Below are positions 42,874-56,000 of a stretch of DNA of 64,000 nt, piece by piece. A program made the position numbers and the translations under genes. Location: positions 11,160,001 to 11,224,000 of the forward strand of contig OZ059898.1 of assembly GCA_964057225.1 (NCBI GenBank). Direction: 5' to 3'. The notes beneath the pieces were generated by a model. The model searched no databases and was not told the DNA's origin. It saw only the letters and a program-made list of their open reading frames with translations. The number at the start of each line of letters is the position of its first letter. Position 1 is the stretch's first letter. Origin of the DNA: Auanema rhodensis (taxonomy: Eukaryota; Animalia; Nematoda).

Positions 42874-42913
<40 letters not shown>

Positions 42914-45900
42914 GAAATGCAATGGCATAGTGAATAAGTTTTAGATTTTATGGTTATATAGATGCAATATTCCATTTATCTTTAATTTTCAATTGAAATA
43001 GACCTTCAATGCCAATATAAGTTAAACATTGAATATGATGAAAGATAATAATAATGATAACAGATGAAATGAAATCATATAAACGATTTTCAATGGATTT
43101 CCTATAAGATTGATAAATTATTTTTCATTAAACTACGTACGTCACAGCTATTCCGTACTTTTCCTTTTTTCTCTAACTATTATGTTTCTCTCAAACTTTT
43201 TCTCGTTCTCCATCAAATCTGTCTCTCAATTCCAAATCCTGAGGAAAACCTTTATTCTAACATCTTGACTTAGAAACAAATATATTTTGATAACTATGTG
43301 GTTGTTAGCTATATAGCTGAAAGCTGAAAACCATTTTTTATGCCGAGAAAAACGGCTTTTTTTCCGTTTTTCGATCGTCTTGATGTCAGCAACAATCAGC
43401 TTTGAATACCAAGTAAGATGAGCTCTCATTTCAAGGAAGAGAGTAAAGAGAAAGAATTTGGATAGATGATAGAACAAGTGAACGAGAGTAAAAATGGTCA
43501 TCGAAAGACAGTTGAATGATGGAGTTGGTACTATGAGCTTTACAACTGGAACACATAATGCTGAACACTAAGAATAATTAAATTTAAATATGTAAATCAT
43601 CACAACTGGTTAGAGTGTCTGTTTAGAGAAAAATTGGAAATATAACTTATAATGTAACATATGCATTACACTCAGCAATCAAATCATTCTCTATCCTTCT
43701 ACCAGAACCCTTTGAACTTATTGTCAAACTTCTGTCTTACCCTGTTCATTTTCCTTTCTCTCTCTCTCTCTCTTTATCTTTCTTTCTTTCTCTTTTCGTG
43801 TCACAAAACCTCTGTCACTTTACTGACTCAATCGGAGACGAGAAAAGTTGAAAAGAAAGTTTATCATACACAGGACGTATGTACCAATGAATATTTCTAC
43901 ATCCTAAAATTTAGTTTCATCTCTTAAAATCAATACATAGAGAAAAGTATTAACAGCCAAAATTACAGTTTGGAAATATTTTTATTGTTAGTTTTAGAAA
44001 ACACATGTTTATATATATATATATATATGTGTGTGTGTATATGTATATATACATATATACATGTATACTAACATATAATTCGAGTTCTAGCTCAGATTTT
44101 AAATTCTGGGCAACTTAATTATTTATATATGTAGTAGTATCCTTTATTTTGCAGTAAATTACCTAAATTATGCCGACACAAGAGTCGCAGAGTCTTCTAC
44201 TTTGTCTTTGTTCCTTCTCCCCCTTCTCCTTCTCTCTCTCTCTCTCACTTGATCTCTTCCCTCTCCCCCCCCCCTCTATAAGAAATATTCTCATGCAATA
44301 ACTGAGAAACTCTCTTTCCCTCGTTCTCTCTTTCATTCTCTCTCTCTCCACTTCTCTCTTCTTTCTTGTCTTCTTCTATTTGAAGGATTACTCTCCACTT
44401 TTCTCTTTCAATAGACATTGTGCCACATTGCGAGAGACATGGTTCAACAGGGAAATATTTCGTTTTTCTTTTCTTTTTTTTCATCGCCGTCTTTTTTATC
44501 CTCCAAATGTGTTCCATACACAGCCATACACATACACGCACACATATGCCCGAAAAGCTCATTTTGATCATCATCTGTCCTCACCCTTTCTGTCTTCAGA
44601 ATCCTTTTTTGCTGTTCATCTCCTCACCTAATTTTCATAATCAATGTTTTCATCACCACATAATTTTACAGCAAATATGCAGCAAATCTGCTACGCTATG
44701 GTAGCAGCTGAAGATAACATTGTGCTTTATCAATTAGCAATGGCTACATTTGTTCATTGCTTAAAGCCTCTCAGATGGCCATTTTCTCTATATCCTATTC
44801 CCCTCTCTTGCTTTCACCCCTCCCCCCGCCTCCTCCCTATTCACACCGTCCTTTTTCATCTTCTCTATTTCTCTTCACAGCAGCTTAGCCAGAAATCATC
44901 TCTCAGTTATTCTCGAATTTTTCGAAAATTTATTGATGTTTAGGAAAGTATTAATTGCCTTTCGCCTACCTTCACAAACATCAATCGTTTTTTCTCCGCC
45001 TATGAGATGCGGAATATATTATTTTGTTTCAAGCAAAGAAAAGAAAAGAAAAAAGGCTAAAAACAACAAAAATATTTCTGAATGTTGACTTGAATAGTAA
45101 CAGTGACGGAATAGAAATGAAATGCCTCTGATATAATAGATATGCTAGATATAGAGAAAAGCAATACAGATATTTCTGTATCAACGGAATGTAACAGAAT
45201 TTCCTCTTCTTCACTATTTTACATACTCCTCACAGTGAATAAAATTTAGATGACAGATAATACTATAACAGATTCAAAACCGAATTAGAAAATATCAATT
45301 AAAACAATGAAAAAAAATGAAATTAATTGGTTAACTCACGTTCCGTTTCTACAAATGGTTGCGGAATTTTCTGAACAAATAGTGTTTTCACGAGTACATG
45401 CTTGACCATGTGAAGACTGATGCTGGTGCTGGAGGTGGTGCATCAAACTGCTTGTCTGCTCAGCAGATACCATCAGAGATGATGTCAGCATAATAGTAAT
45501 ATACAAGTATGTTGTCAGCACTGAGTAACCATGATGAGCAAAAAAGAATAAAGACGACGGCGAATATGGTACTGAAGAAGAGGCACGACAGTTTGGTATT
45601 GAACAGCACGATGATGACGCAGAAGTTGCTGAATTAGCAGCAATAGTAATATTAACTGAAGATTGTTTGGTAGTCAAGGCAATAGTCTCAATAACTGCAT
45701 CGGCTAAAGAATCGAATCTAGACGACAACGACGACGGCAACCACGTTGACGACGAAGACGGCTGTGTTGAGCTACAGCTAGACTCAACTGAGCCATCATC
45801 TATCGTTGCTTTTGAAAATGATAATACTTCATGTTGATTGTCATAGGACGAGCATTGGTTTAGAGAATTGTGGAGAATACAATTTTTATGTAATACGAAA

Positions 45901-46947
45901 TCATCTTGTCGACGATCCATGTCATTCCTATGAGGACGTGCTCGTCCGCGTCTGCAGATGGAGCACGTGACGAATGGATGAGCTAAACGTGTAAAACTTT
46001 TTGAATTAAACTCATCAAACGACAAAAAAAATAAAACGATATTATAAAAAAAGAAAAGAAGATATATTATGTAACAATCTAAAAAAATAATAATATAAAT
46101 AGTTACTTTGATGCATAGTTAAAATGGGGGGGGGGGGGGGGGTAATTCAATATATTTAAGTTGAATTAATATAGGCGTAAATATCAGCTTAAGTTCGTAT
46201 TTCTGCTCAGGGGGCAGCTGACTAGAGGACGTAAGGATGTGTGAGGAAGCTTGATGGTGCCGGGACACTCACCCACAGGCACACACGCACAGCCTTCTCT
46301 CTCTCTTTCCTCTGTTCCTCCTGGTCTCCACATAGCTCATTAGACTCCGCCCCATTTTAGTTGAAGCTCCGCCTATCTTCAGCTCTGGAGCACAAGGAGG
46401 ACACGTTGAAGAGGGATGGAGATTAAACTAAATAACCTGATGACCATATATGATCACAGAAAATAGAAGTTAATTGGTTTGGGAGTTCAATTTGAGATCA
46501 AGACTCAACAAGGACAAGATAATCAGCATCATATTTTAAAACGTTATGAAGCAAATAGCTGCTATCTCTCAATGATTAATGCATGGAATTGAAATAGTTA
46601 TGATAAAAGAATGTTAAAACATTTTACTTTTCATTTCAAGAACAACAGAAAACTAACAAGAAAAATGATATTTTCTCTCATTTTTAATGTTTAGACACAT
46701 GAACAATGATTTTTTTCAGTGATGTTGTGTATTCTATAAACATAAAATTATCGAAGAAAATGATTTACTAGCCAACCAAAATATTTAGTTTTAAACAAAA
46801 AAAAAGTTCTTTTTACTTCAAAGGAAAACTTTGGTTTTAAAAAATTAAAATCACAAACAAAAAATGTAATAACAATATTGGATGAAAAGAAAATGAATCT
46901 GACAGATTATGGCTTATTTTAGTTTTTCAGGGGGTGGGCTACAAGGT

Positions 46948-47000
<53 letters not shown>

Positions 47001-50000
47001 TTTTATTTTTTATCTATTCATCACTTTATTACTCTATCTCTCTCTCATTCTCTCTCTGTCGCATTGATATGAGCTGATTTTTTGGTTTTGTGGAATAATT
47101 TAGTGGTACATAATAAAATCTCAATCAATATAAAGCTATATAGATAATTCAAGCTGAATAATTTTTATTCAGAAAAAACAAGAGGAAAAACCACCTGCTT
47201 CTATAGATAAGCATATTAGCTATGATAATTTAATATGGTTCTGCTTCAAACATTCATACTAACCATACACAGCATAAAATATCATAGCATAAGCATAAAG
47301 GAAAGGATTTAGAGAACATATTGGGTGCCCTTTTTATGATCAGGAATAAACAACTTAGATTTATGGTGACAGTCGATTGATTTAATATTTTTATATTATA
47401 TTATATTATATATATACATACATATATATAATATTGTTTTACACTAAAAAAATGTTCTACCACAATCATTGATTATAGTTTTTTCTTTCATAAATGATCA
47501 AAAAAATAGTAAAATAAAACGTAATATTTTACAAAAAAAAAAGAAAGAGGAAAGATAGAAAAAGAGAAAGGGCTAGTTTTTCGAAACTTGTATTAGCTTT
47601 TACTTAAAACGATAAAATACATTTCTTCCCTTCTCTCATACCCCCCCCCCTTCTAGAACTATCATTTTCCTGAAATTCATTGCTGCAAATTTATTTTCAT
47701 TCTCATCTAGCCTGAAAATAGATTTGTCTTATATTTAATTTTTTTTCCGTTGAATCAATCCTCAAGAAAGGAAAACTGCTGTATTGCCTAAGCCAGATTC
47801 TGCCTGATTTATGGCAAATGGTTTTGTTCTCATTTGTTGTGTGGCAAAGAAAAGAAAAGCATAGAGATATTAAAAGAAGGAGTTAACCAGAGACATAGAG
47901 AGAGAAGATTAGGATAGTAAAAAAATCTAAAAAGAGAGAAGGAGAGAGAAAGACAACGAGAAATAGAGGGAAAAGTAAGATGAAGTTAGTCATTTGAGAA
48001 ATTTATAGTTCAGTTCAAGGCTAACAATAATATAACTGTTATCCATATGTTATTTACTTCATATTCTAGCTGAAATGTATAAAAGAAACATAAAATTTTT
48101 ACTTTTTTTCTTGTTTTTGTATAAAACAAAATAAGTAAAAAATGAAGAAAAAAAAACTAATTCACTGTCAACAATATGTTGATTAGGAATAAGATGAAAA
48201 TTATAAACAAAAAGTTTTGCAGAATGGTATCCGACTGAATGATACAGATCTTGTCTTCCATAATGATCGTCAACAACTTCTGATAGAAGATGCTCAGGTA
48301 TTTGAATGATCTTTAATCATAAGAAATAGTTAAATATCAAATAAAACAATATTTAAATAATAACAAAGAAAAAAACACGAGAAAAAGTCATTTCTATGTT
48401 GTTCTTATCTAAGCTTGCAACTTTACTAAAGAAGACTTTGTGACATTTTCTTGGCTTTCTCCAGGAATAATTCATTTGTCTGAGCGCGTCCTTTACTTAT
48501 CCACCAAGCTCAGATAATTTTCTTTTGAAAATACGATACTAAAGACAGGAGATTTTGAAAAATTGTGGTGATAAAATGGAAAAAGAAGCTTTTAAGGTTT
48601 TATGAACTATAGAACTGAGCATGAAATCAAAAAAGAATTTTATTTTGTTTTTTTTCTAATTTAATTCATTATTAATAATAATATTATTATATTATAGCCT
48701 TCTGATGCTGGACGTTATACATGTTTGGCTGAAAATAAACCAGGAAGAGCAGAAAAAGATCTTATTGTGGCTATTCTAAGTAAGATCATGAGCATTACTC
48801 AAATTCATCTCTATCAACTTCTAACATCGTCCCTACTCTCTTTCATCATTCTACTCTTTCACTCAACTTCTTTTTTTCTCTCGCTTTTCTTTTCTATCCC
48901 TCTCTCACTCTCATACATACATAGCCGTTCATTCTGGTATTCATCAGAATTGATTATGAATTTTATACATTTTAGAACCACCACAGATGGCTGTTAAAAA
49001 CGTTGTCAAAGAAGTTCAACAATCTGATCAATTAACCATGGAATGTCCCATCCAGGTTCAACACATCAATGAATCTAATATTTCATTCTAAATTTAGGAT
49101 CACACGGTTGATTTTATGTGGACGAAAAATGGAATTCCAATCACGACATCTGATAAACTTCAAGTTTCTGTTCGCCGTGATAAGCTTTATCTTATGGGAG
49201 CTGAACCATCTGATGCTGCTCAATATTCTTGTATTGCCAAGAATAGTGCTGGAGAAGATCAGGCTATATTTGATACTGTTGTCAACGGTAACTTCAAACT
49301 TTGAATCACAAGATATCATTAATCTAATTTGTAGTTGCTCCAAAAATAGCTGGCCCATCGTTCCGATCAGTTGATGCTATTTTAAATCAAACAATACAGC
49401 TGCTTTGTGAAACAAGCGGTGTGCCTGCTCCTGAAGTCGAATGGCTACTTGATGGTCGTGTTTTACTCCAAAGCGAGAATGTTCAAGTTAGAGCCGAAAA
49501 CAGTGTTGTTTTCTTTTAAAAAGTGATTTCAGCTTATTGAAAATGGACGTGTTTTGATTCTTTCTGGAATTCAGACATCACAGGAAGGACGTTATACTTG
49601 TAAAGCGGAAAATAAAGCCGGAAAAGCTGAAGCTGACACATATCTTCAAGTAACAGGTAATTAAACAACTTCCGAAATGAAAGATATATTTGACGTACGT
49701 GGCGGAAGTATTTAAATTTGGTTTAAAATTAGGAAGTTATTTCTGAGTGTTCATTTATAAAAAGCGGTTGATCATCAAAAATGTAATATCAAACGCTAAT
49801 AAATTCTGTTTTTCAGCCCCCCCAAGAGTTCAAATGCAAGCTGATGAAATGAAAGTTGTAGCTGGTCGTGGAGTTACTATTAGATGCGAAGTTGGGTGAT
49901 AATCATGTTCAAGATATTTATATAACATATAGGTATTTGGAAATCCTGCTCCTTCTGTTGAGTGGCTGAAGAACGGTCAACCGTTCCGTTCAGAACTCTT

Positions 50001-53000
50001 ACAAAGCTCAACAAATTTAAGATATCTTCATCTTAGAGAAGCTCATGTTGAAGATGCTGGACGGTACAAAAAAGAAAAATTCGAGTATAAAAACTTTAAT
50101 TTTCAGTTATACTTGCATTGCTACGAATAGAGCTGGCGAACAGAGAACAAGCACTCAACTTCATGTTCTGGGTAATTTTTAAGTTTTAATTTATTAAAAA
50201 TTCTTTGATATTTATAAGTAAAGAAAAAAATTGATTTACATTGCTTTCAGTTATTCCAATGATCGAAGATGGTGAAAGAATAATACAAGTTAAAGAAGGA
50301 AATGATATGAGTATTGACTGTAATGCTAATGGAATTCCTGCTCCAACTATCAGTTGGAAAAAAGATGGACAAATTCTTGAAGGTAAAATTATTAATATGA
50401 AAATATGAAACAAAATGGTTTTCATAGGCAAGGAAATCTCAAGACTTGTTGTTCCTGCTGTTGATCTAAGTGATGGTGGAAGATATACATGCATTGCGAA
50501 AAATGAAGCTGGACAAGCTCAAACTGATTTTGCTGTTGATGTTTTCAGCAAACCAAAATTCAAGGAAACTAGTCGTGATATCAAAGTATGTTTTAAGTGT
50601 GTTAATTAAATATCATGCAATTAATCAGGTGATTGATGGAGAACGAGCACGTATTGAATGTAAAGTGGAAGGACATCCAACACCAACTATTACGTAAGCT
50701 TCACAATGTGGATAAAATGTTTTATTTTTCTTAGATGGTTGCGCGGTGGGCGTCCAATTGAAGATATGTCGAATTTGATTTTATCCCCACGTGGAGAAAC
50801 TCTGATGATTCTTAAAGCTCGTCGTGCTGACGCTGGATCTTATTCATGTGTAGCTAAGAACGGAGCAGGAGAATCAGAAGCTGACTTCACGGTAAAATTA
50901 TAGGAAAAATCATCGTTTGCAACAAAATGTGAATTATTTGTTCAGGTTTCTGTCTTTACTGCTCCCCACATTGATGAATCAATCGATCAAAATCCAAGAG
51001 TTGTTCAAGGAAAACCATTAATGTTCACATGTCCAGTGTTAGGAAATCCGTTACCTAAGGCATCATTCAACTTTATTCAATTTTTCATTTTTTTTCCATA
51101 TTCAGGTTGAATGGCGTAAAGATGGACTACCATTGTCTTCAGATTCACGAATTGAAGTGGTTGATGGCAGACATCTTAAGATTAATGAAGCTACCGTATG
51201 TACTTCTATGATTCCTAAACTTACTTCTTTCTAAACGTTTTAACATTTTTTGATTTATAATCATGATAATCCATTTGGATATTTGGTAGATTTTCGTATA
51301 TTTTATATTTAAAGACTGATGACGAAGGTCGTTATACATGTCATGCAACTAACGAAGCAGGCTCATTAGACACACATTTCAAACCAGAAGTCATAGGTTA
51401 GTTAACTATTCATATAATTACCATCTTACATAAATATCTAATATATATTCTTAATATTTAATTTTGAACTTATTCGTTTCTGAATTATCTATTATACCAT
51501 TTATTATAGCTCCACCAAAGTTCCAACGTGAAGGAGAATCTGTTTATGAAGTTATTGAGCATGATTCTATAACATTAGATTGTGCAGTTTCAACAGATCC
51601 AAAACCTGAAATTAATTGGTATCGTGGAGATCAGCCATTATATTTGACAGAAAATATGGTTATTTCACCTGATGGAATGGTAGAAGCAATCATATCTTTG
51701 AGTGAATATACTAAGATTTTCTTTTCAGCAGTTAACTATAAGATCTGCTTCTCTTGGTGACGGTGGTAAATATATGTGTAAAGCAAGCAATGAGGCTGGA
51801 TCATCTGATAATGATTTGATTCTCAAGGTATGTGAAGACATTTAATATCAAAGACATATATTCAACTTATTAAAGGTTTTGATTCCACCAAAGATTGATA
51901 AATCCAATATTATTGGTAATCCATTAGCAATTGTTGAACGTGGAATCATACTTGAATGTCCTGTTTCTGGAATTCCCCAGCCTGTAGTATCTTGGACTAA
52001 AGATGGTGTGCCAATTGATCTTAGTGATAGCCGTATTGTTCTTACCCAGGTATTTTATTTATTTTAAAATTTAATTATATATAGTTATACTTTATAGAAT
52101 AATCAAACATTTGGAATTGAAGGAGTTAAAGTTTCCGATCAAGCTCGCTACACTTGTGTTGCTACAAACAAAGGAGGAACTGTTGAACAAGATTTCAATC
52201 TCGAAGTTTTATGTAAATTTTCGTTGGTTTTTTCAATGAGGTTATCAAAAAAATTTGCAGCTCCTCCTGTCATGGATTACAGTGAACAACAAATGATAAC
52301 TAAGCGAGAAAATGATTCCTTAGTTATCAACTGTCCTGTTCGTCCAAGTACTGATCCAGGATCACCTATCTCTGATGTATCTTGGGTTAAGGATGGACGT
52401 CCCCTTGATCCGGAGACATCTATAACCACCAAAGTATATAAATAAAAAATTTTCATTTTCACACTATTTCTAACTATTTGATTATAGTTCTCAGCTGATG
52501 GGAGAAGACTTTCAATCGATCATTCACAACTTACTGATGCTGGAACATATACATGTGTGGCTTCTAACCGAGCTGGAGAAACGACTATGGACTTCCAAGT
52601 GGAAATTCTCTGTATGAATCTTGCTACCGACAAGTGCCGTGAATTAGAATATGCTCACATAAACAAAAAACGTGCTGATTATAATCGACGACAAACTGAA
52701 CGTGAACTTCAAACGAGATCACGACAGTCGTTGAATCAGCGAGCTTTATCACATACGTCGTCCTCGCCCCTGTCAATAACAACGCAATCTAACTCTAATC
52801 CTAATCCTGATGACGTTCCAACTGCTTCTTCCAGACCATTAAATTCATTACCTCACTTATCAGTGTCTTCCATTTCGCAACATTCCAATTCTTTATCAAA
52901 TTCCTCTTCTCAATCTGATCTTTCGCATATTCCCAATTCCACTATTTTTGATGCTGATACTCAAACCACATATCCAGATGTTCAATTTATATATGAACAA

Positions 53001-56000
53001 TATCGCCGTCGTTATGATGAGGAACGTGCTCGATATGAAGAACATCTGCGTAGACGTCATGAGGAACAGCGACGTCGTGAGCAAGAGCATCAACGACGTC
53101 TTCAACGGCATCGAATGGAAGAAGAGCGTCGCCATGCCTTCTATCAACAACAGATAGAAGAACAACAGCGCCGCCGCCTTGAAGACGAGAAATTAGCTCA
53201 AATGATTCGTCAGAATCGTCGTCTTCAGCAAAATTTACATTTGATGACCAACAAAGAATTGGATACACTTGTTCCATCGGATGTAGACATGATGAAAATA
53301 TCAGAAGATGTTACCTCATCACCTGAATCTCAAGCTCTCGCTCAACGCTGGTTAAAAACTCGTTTTGATGTCGTAGATCTTCGTCCATCAGAGCGAGTTA
53401 AAAAAGTTCGTTCATTGCGTATTCGAGCAGCTCCAGACGTTCGGAAACGTCGACGTCATCATCCTTGTCGTCCTATAAAATGTCGTTTTCGAGCAATTCA
53501 CTTGAGAACTTAGCTTTTTGAAAACTTTTTTTTGAATTTTTTATATATTTTGAGATGAAACTACTTGTAAATAGGAGAACAGAAGTTTTTTTTTAATCAA
53601 AGTTAATGCATTCCATATTTCAGAGCAATACATATCTGGCTTTGTCTTTGAAAATTCATGTTTTTACTATATCATATATGTGTCTTATTAATGTTTTCCA
53701 AGTTTGCTTCTAATTTACAGTGTGTTATGTGTATCTAACTTGTTTTAAAAATTAATAAATGTTTATTTTACTAATCAAAAGCATGTTATATGTTTCTTAC
53801 TCATAACTTCATTTTTTTTTTTGAAAAAAATGTTATTTTCAGTTCGTATTCAAAAAATTTAATTATTCTTCGCTTTATAGCTCCTCCACTCATTGATACA
53901 TCTCGAGCAGAAGCTAAGCCATCTGTTGTCGAGGGGCATCCCGTTCTTCTTAATTGTCCAGTTAGTGGTCATCCTTTCCCATCTCTGAAATGGCTGAAAG
54001 ATGGATCTAACGTTGAAAGTACAATAAAACAATATCTTCAATTTATTAATTCATATTGTTTTAGATAATGATCAAATTCAAATAACTGAAAATGGACAAA
54101 CTCTTGAGATTCTTGATGCTCGTAAAATACACAGTGGTCGATGGGTATGTATTGCTGAAAATGATGCTGGTGTTAAAGAATTAGAAATTGATTTGGATGT
54201 TTGGAGTACGAACAAACAAAGTATTTTATTCATTAAGTGTTTTTAATTTTAGCTGCTCCAACTGTCTCAGTTACATCAGATTCTCCCATCAAGGCAATAG
54301 GTGATACTGTTACTCTTTTCTGTACTGTTACTGGAAATCCAAATCCAAGCATTTCCTGGAATAAGGCAGGGCAACCAATCATTAACAGTCCTGAAGGAGC
54401 TCGTATATCGCTCAAGGTTTAATAAATTTTTGAAAAATGATAAAAGTTATTTTATTATTGCTTCAGGGAACTCGACTCGATATTCCACATTTAACAAAAG
54501 AAGATGTTGGAGATTATACATGTTTTGCTCAGAATGATGCAGGAACAGCTGAAGCTAGTATTCATGTTGATGTTTTGGGTACCTCACAATACATTTCAAT
54601 CAAAATTTTGAATCATTTCAGTTCCTCCTATTATTAGCAGGGATAATGTTGATATGTCACCTCGATTACCTGCAGGCCAAACTCTTACTTTGGTTTGTGA
54701 TGCTAGTGGTAAACCGCCACCAAAGCATGTCTGGTATAATAAACAAACATTTCATAACATGAAAATTGAAATTAAATCATTTTAGGTATGTGAATGATAC
54801 TGAAATTACTCATGATATGGAGGGAATTACATTGGGAACAAATGGAAAATATATTCAAGTCTGTTATTTAAAGTTTAGAACAAAGTTACAGCATTTTCTA
54901 CAGATTAACAATGTTACTCTACAAGATAAGGGAGTATATTCCTGCGTTTCTTCTAATGTAGCTGGAAATGATTCTTTGATTTTCAATGTGGATGTAGTTC
55001 GTAAGTTTTCAATCTTTATAGTTGGATCATTCAAACAATACAGAGGCACCTATAATTTCTAATGGAGGAGCTCAACAAGTTATTGAGGGTGAGCTGGCTA
55101 AAATTGAATGTTTAGCTGAAGGACATCCTGAGCCTCAGGTTTGAGCGAATTTTTGATGCTTATATATCGTTTTCATGAATCTGTAGATATCTTGGCTTCG
55201 CAACGGTATTCGAGTTGAAACCGGAGTTCAAGGGCTTCGTTATACTGCTACCGGAAAAGTTTTAAATGTATTTGAAGCTCGTAGCTCTGATTCTGGTATT
55301 TATGTTTGTGCTGCTACCAATGAAGCTGGAACTGCTCAACAAGCATATACATTAGAAGTTCTTGGTAGATTATTAGACTTGTTAACGAAGAACGATTATA
55401 CTTAAATGTTTATTTTTAGTTTCTCCAAAGATTATTACCGTATCTCCAACTGAATCAAACATTGCTGTTGGCACTTCATTCTCATTGAAATGCGGTGTCC
55501 GCGGATATCCTGAACCACAAATTACTTGGACAGAGAATGAAGAAGTTATAAACAACAAAGATGGATATACTATTGGTAAGATGACGACACTTTTTTTTTA
55601 ATTAATTCAGCAAAAAAAACAATTTTATAACAAAAGTTCACAAAAATTAAATTTTTTTTTGTGATGGTCACAGATTATATAGTTATAATATACACTTATA
55701 CAAAGTTTTTAATTTAAATATTACATGATCAATTCAATGTTTCTCGAAAATATATTTTTCATTATAATTTTTTCAAACGTTTTAATATTTTGGAATGATT
55801 TCTCTCACTATTTTCTTACGAACAAGTCAGAGAACCTTTTTATTAAAAATACTTGACTAGTTATTAGGATTATATTATTTTAGATGATGATGGAACCTTG
55901 CATGTTGATATGGCTCAAGGCAGAGATTTGCACTACAGGTGTATTGCTGAAAATGATGCTGGAAAAACTGATATTGAATATAGCATTAACACAATCAGTA

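Larger units (their letters stand above)
29686..48222 (+). other. 18,537-nt him-4 intron splitting Ig27 and hosting an antisense gene
   Basis: ATG AAG|gttagt at 29686 joins ttttgcag|AAT GGT at 48223 in phase 0, giving ...PTITWMK-NGIRLND..., a normal Ig C-strand. Confidence 0.92.

Noticed and set aside
33035-45214. Numerous 60-137 aa ORFs in the giant intron outside the five nested exons
   Set aside because: Low-complexity Phe/Leu/Ser or Glu/Arg/Lys products of CT/AG-rich tracts, with no splice-consistent model.
48780-48997. Stop-free read-through of the intron after Ig27 giving a hydrophobic tail (membrane-anchored hemicentin)
   Set aside because: Pyrimidine-rich low-complexity sequence avoids stops and encodes Leu/Phe/Ser by default. 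The donor is a strong gtaaga and there is no poly(A) signal in the intron.
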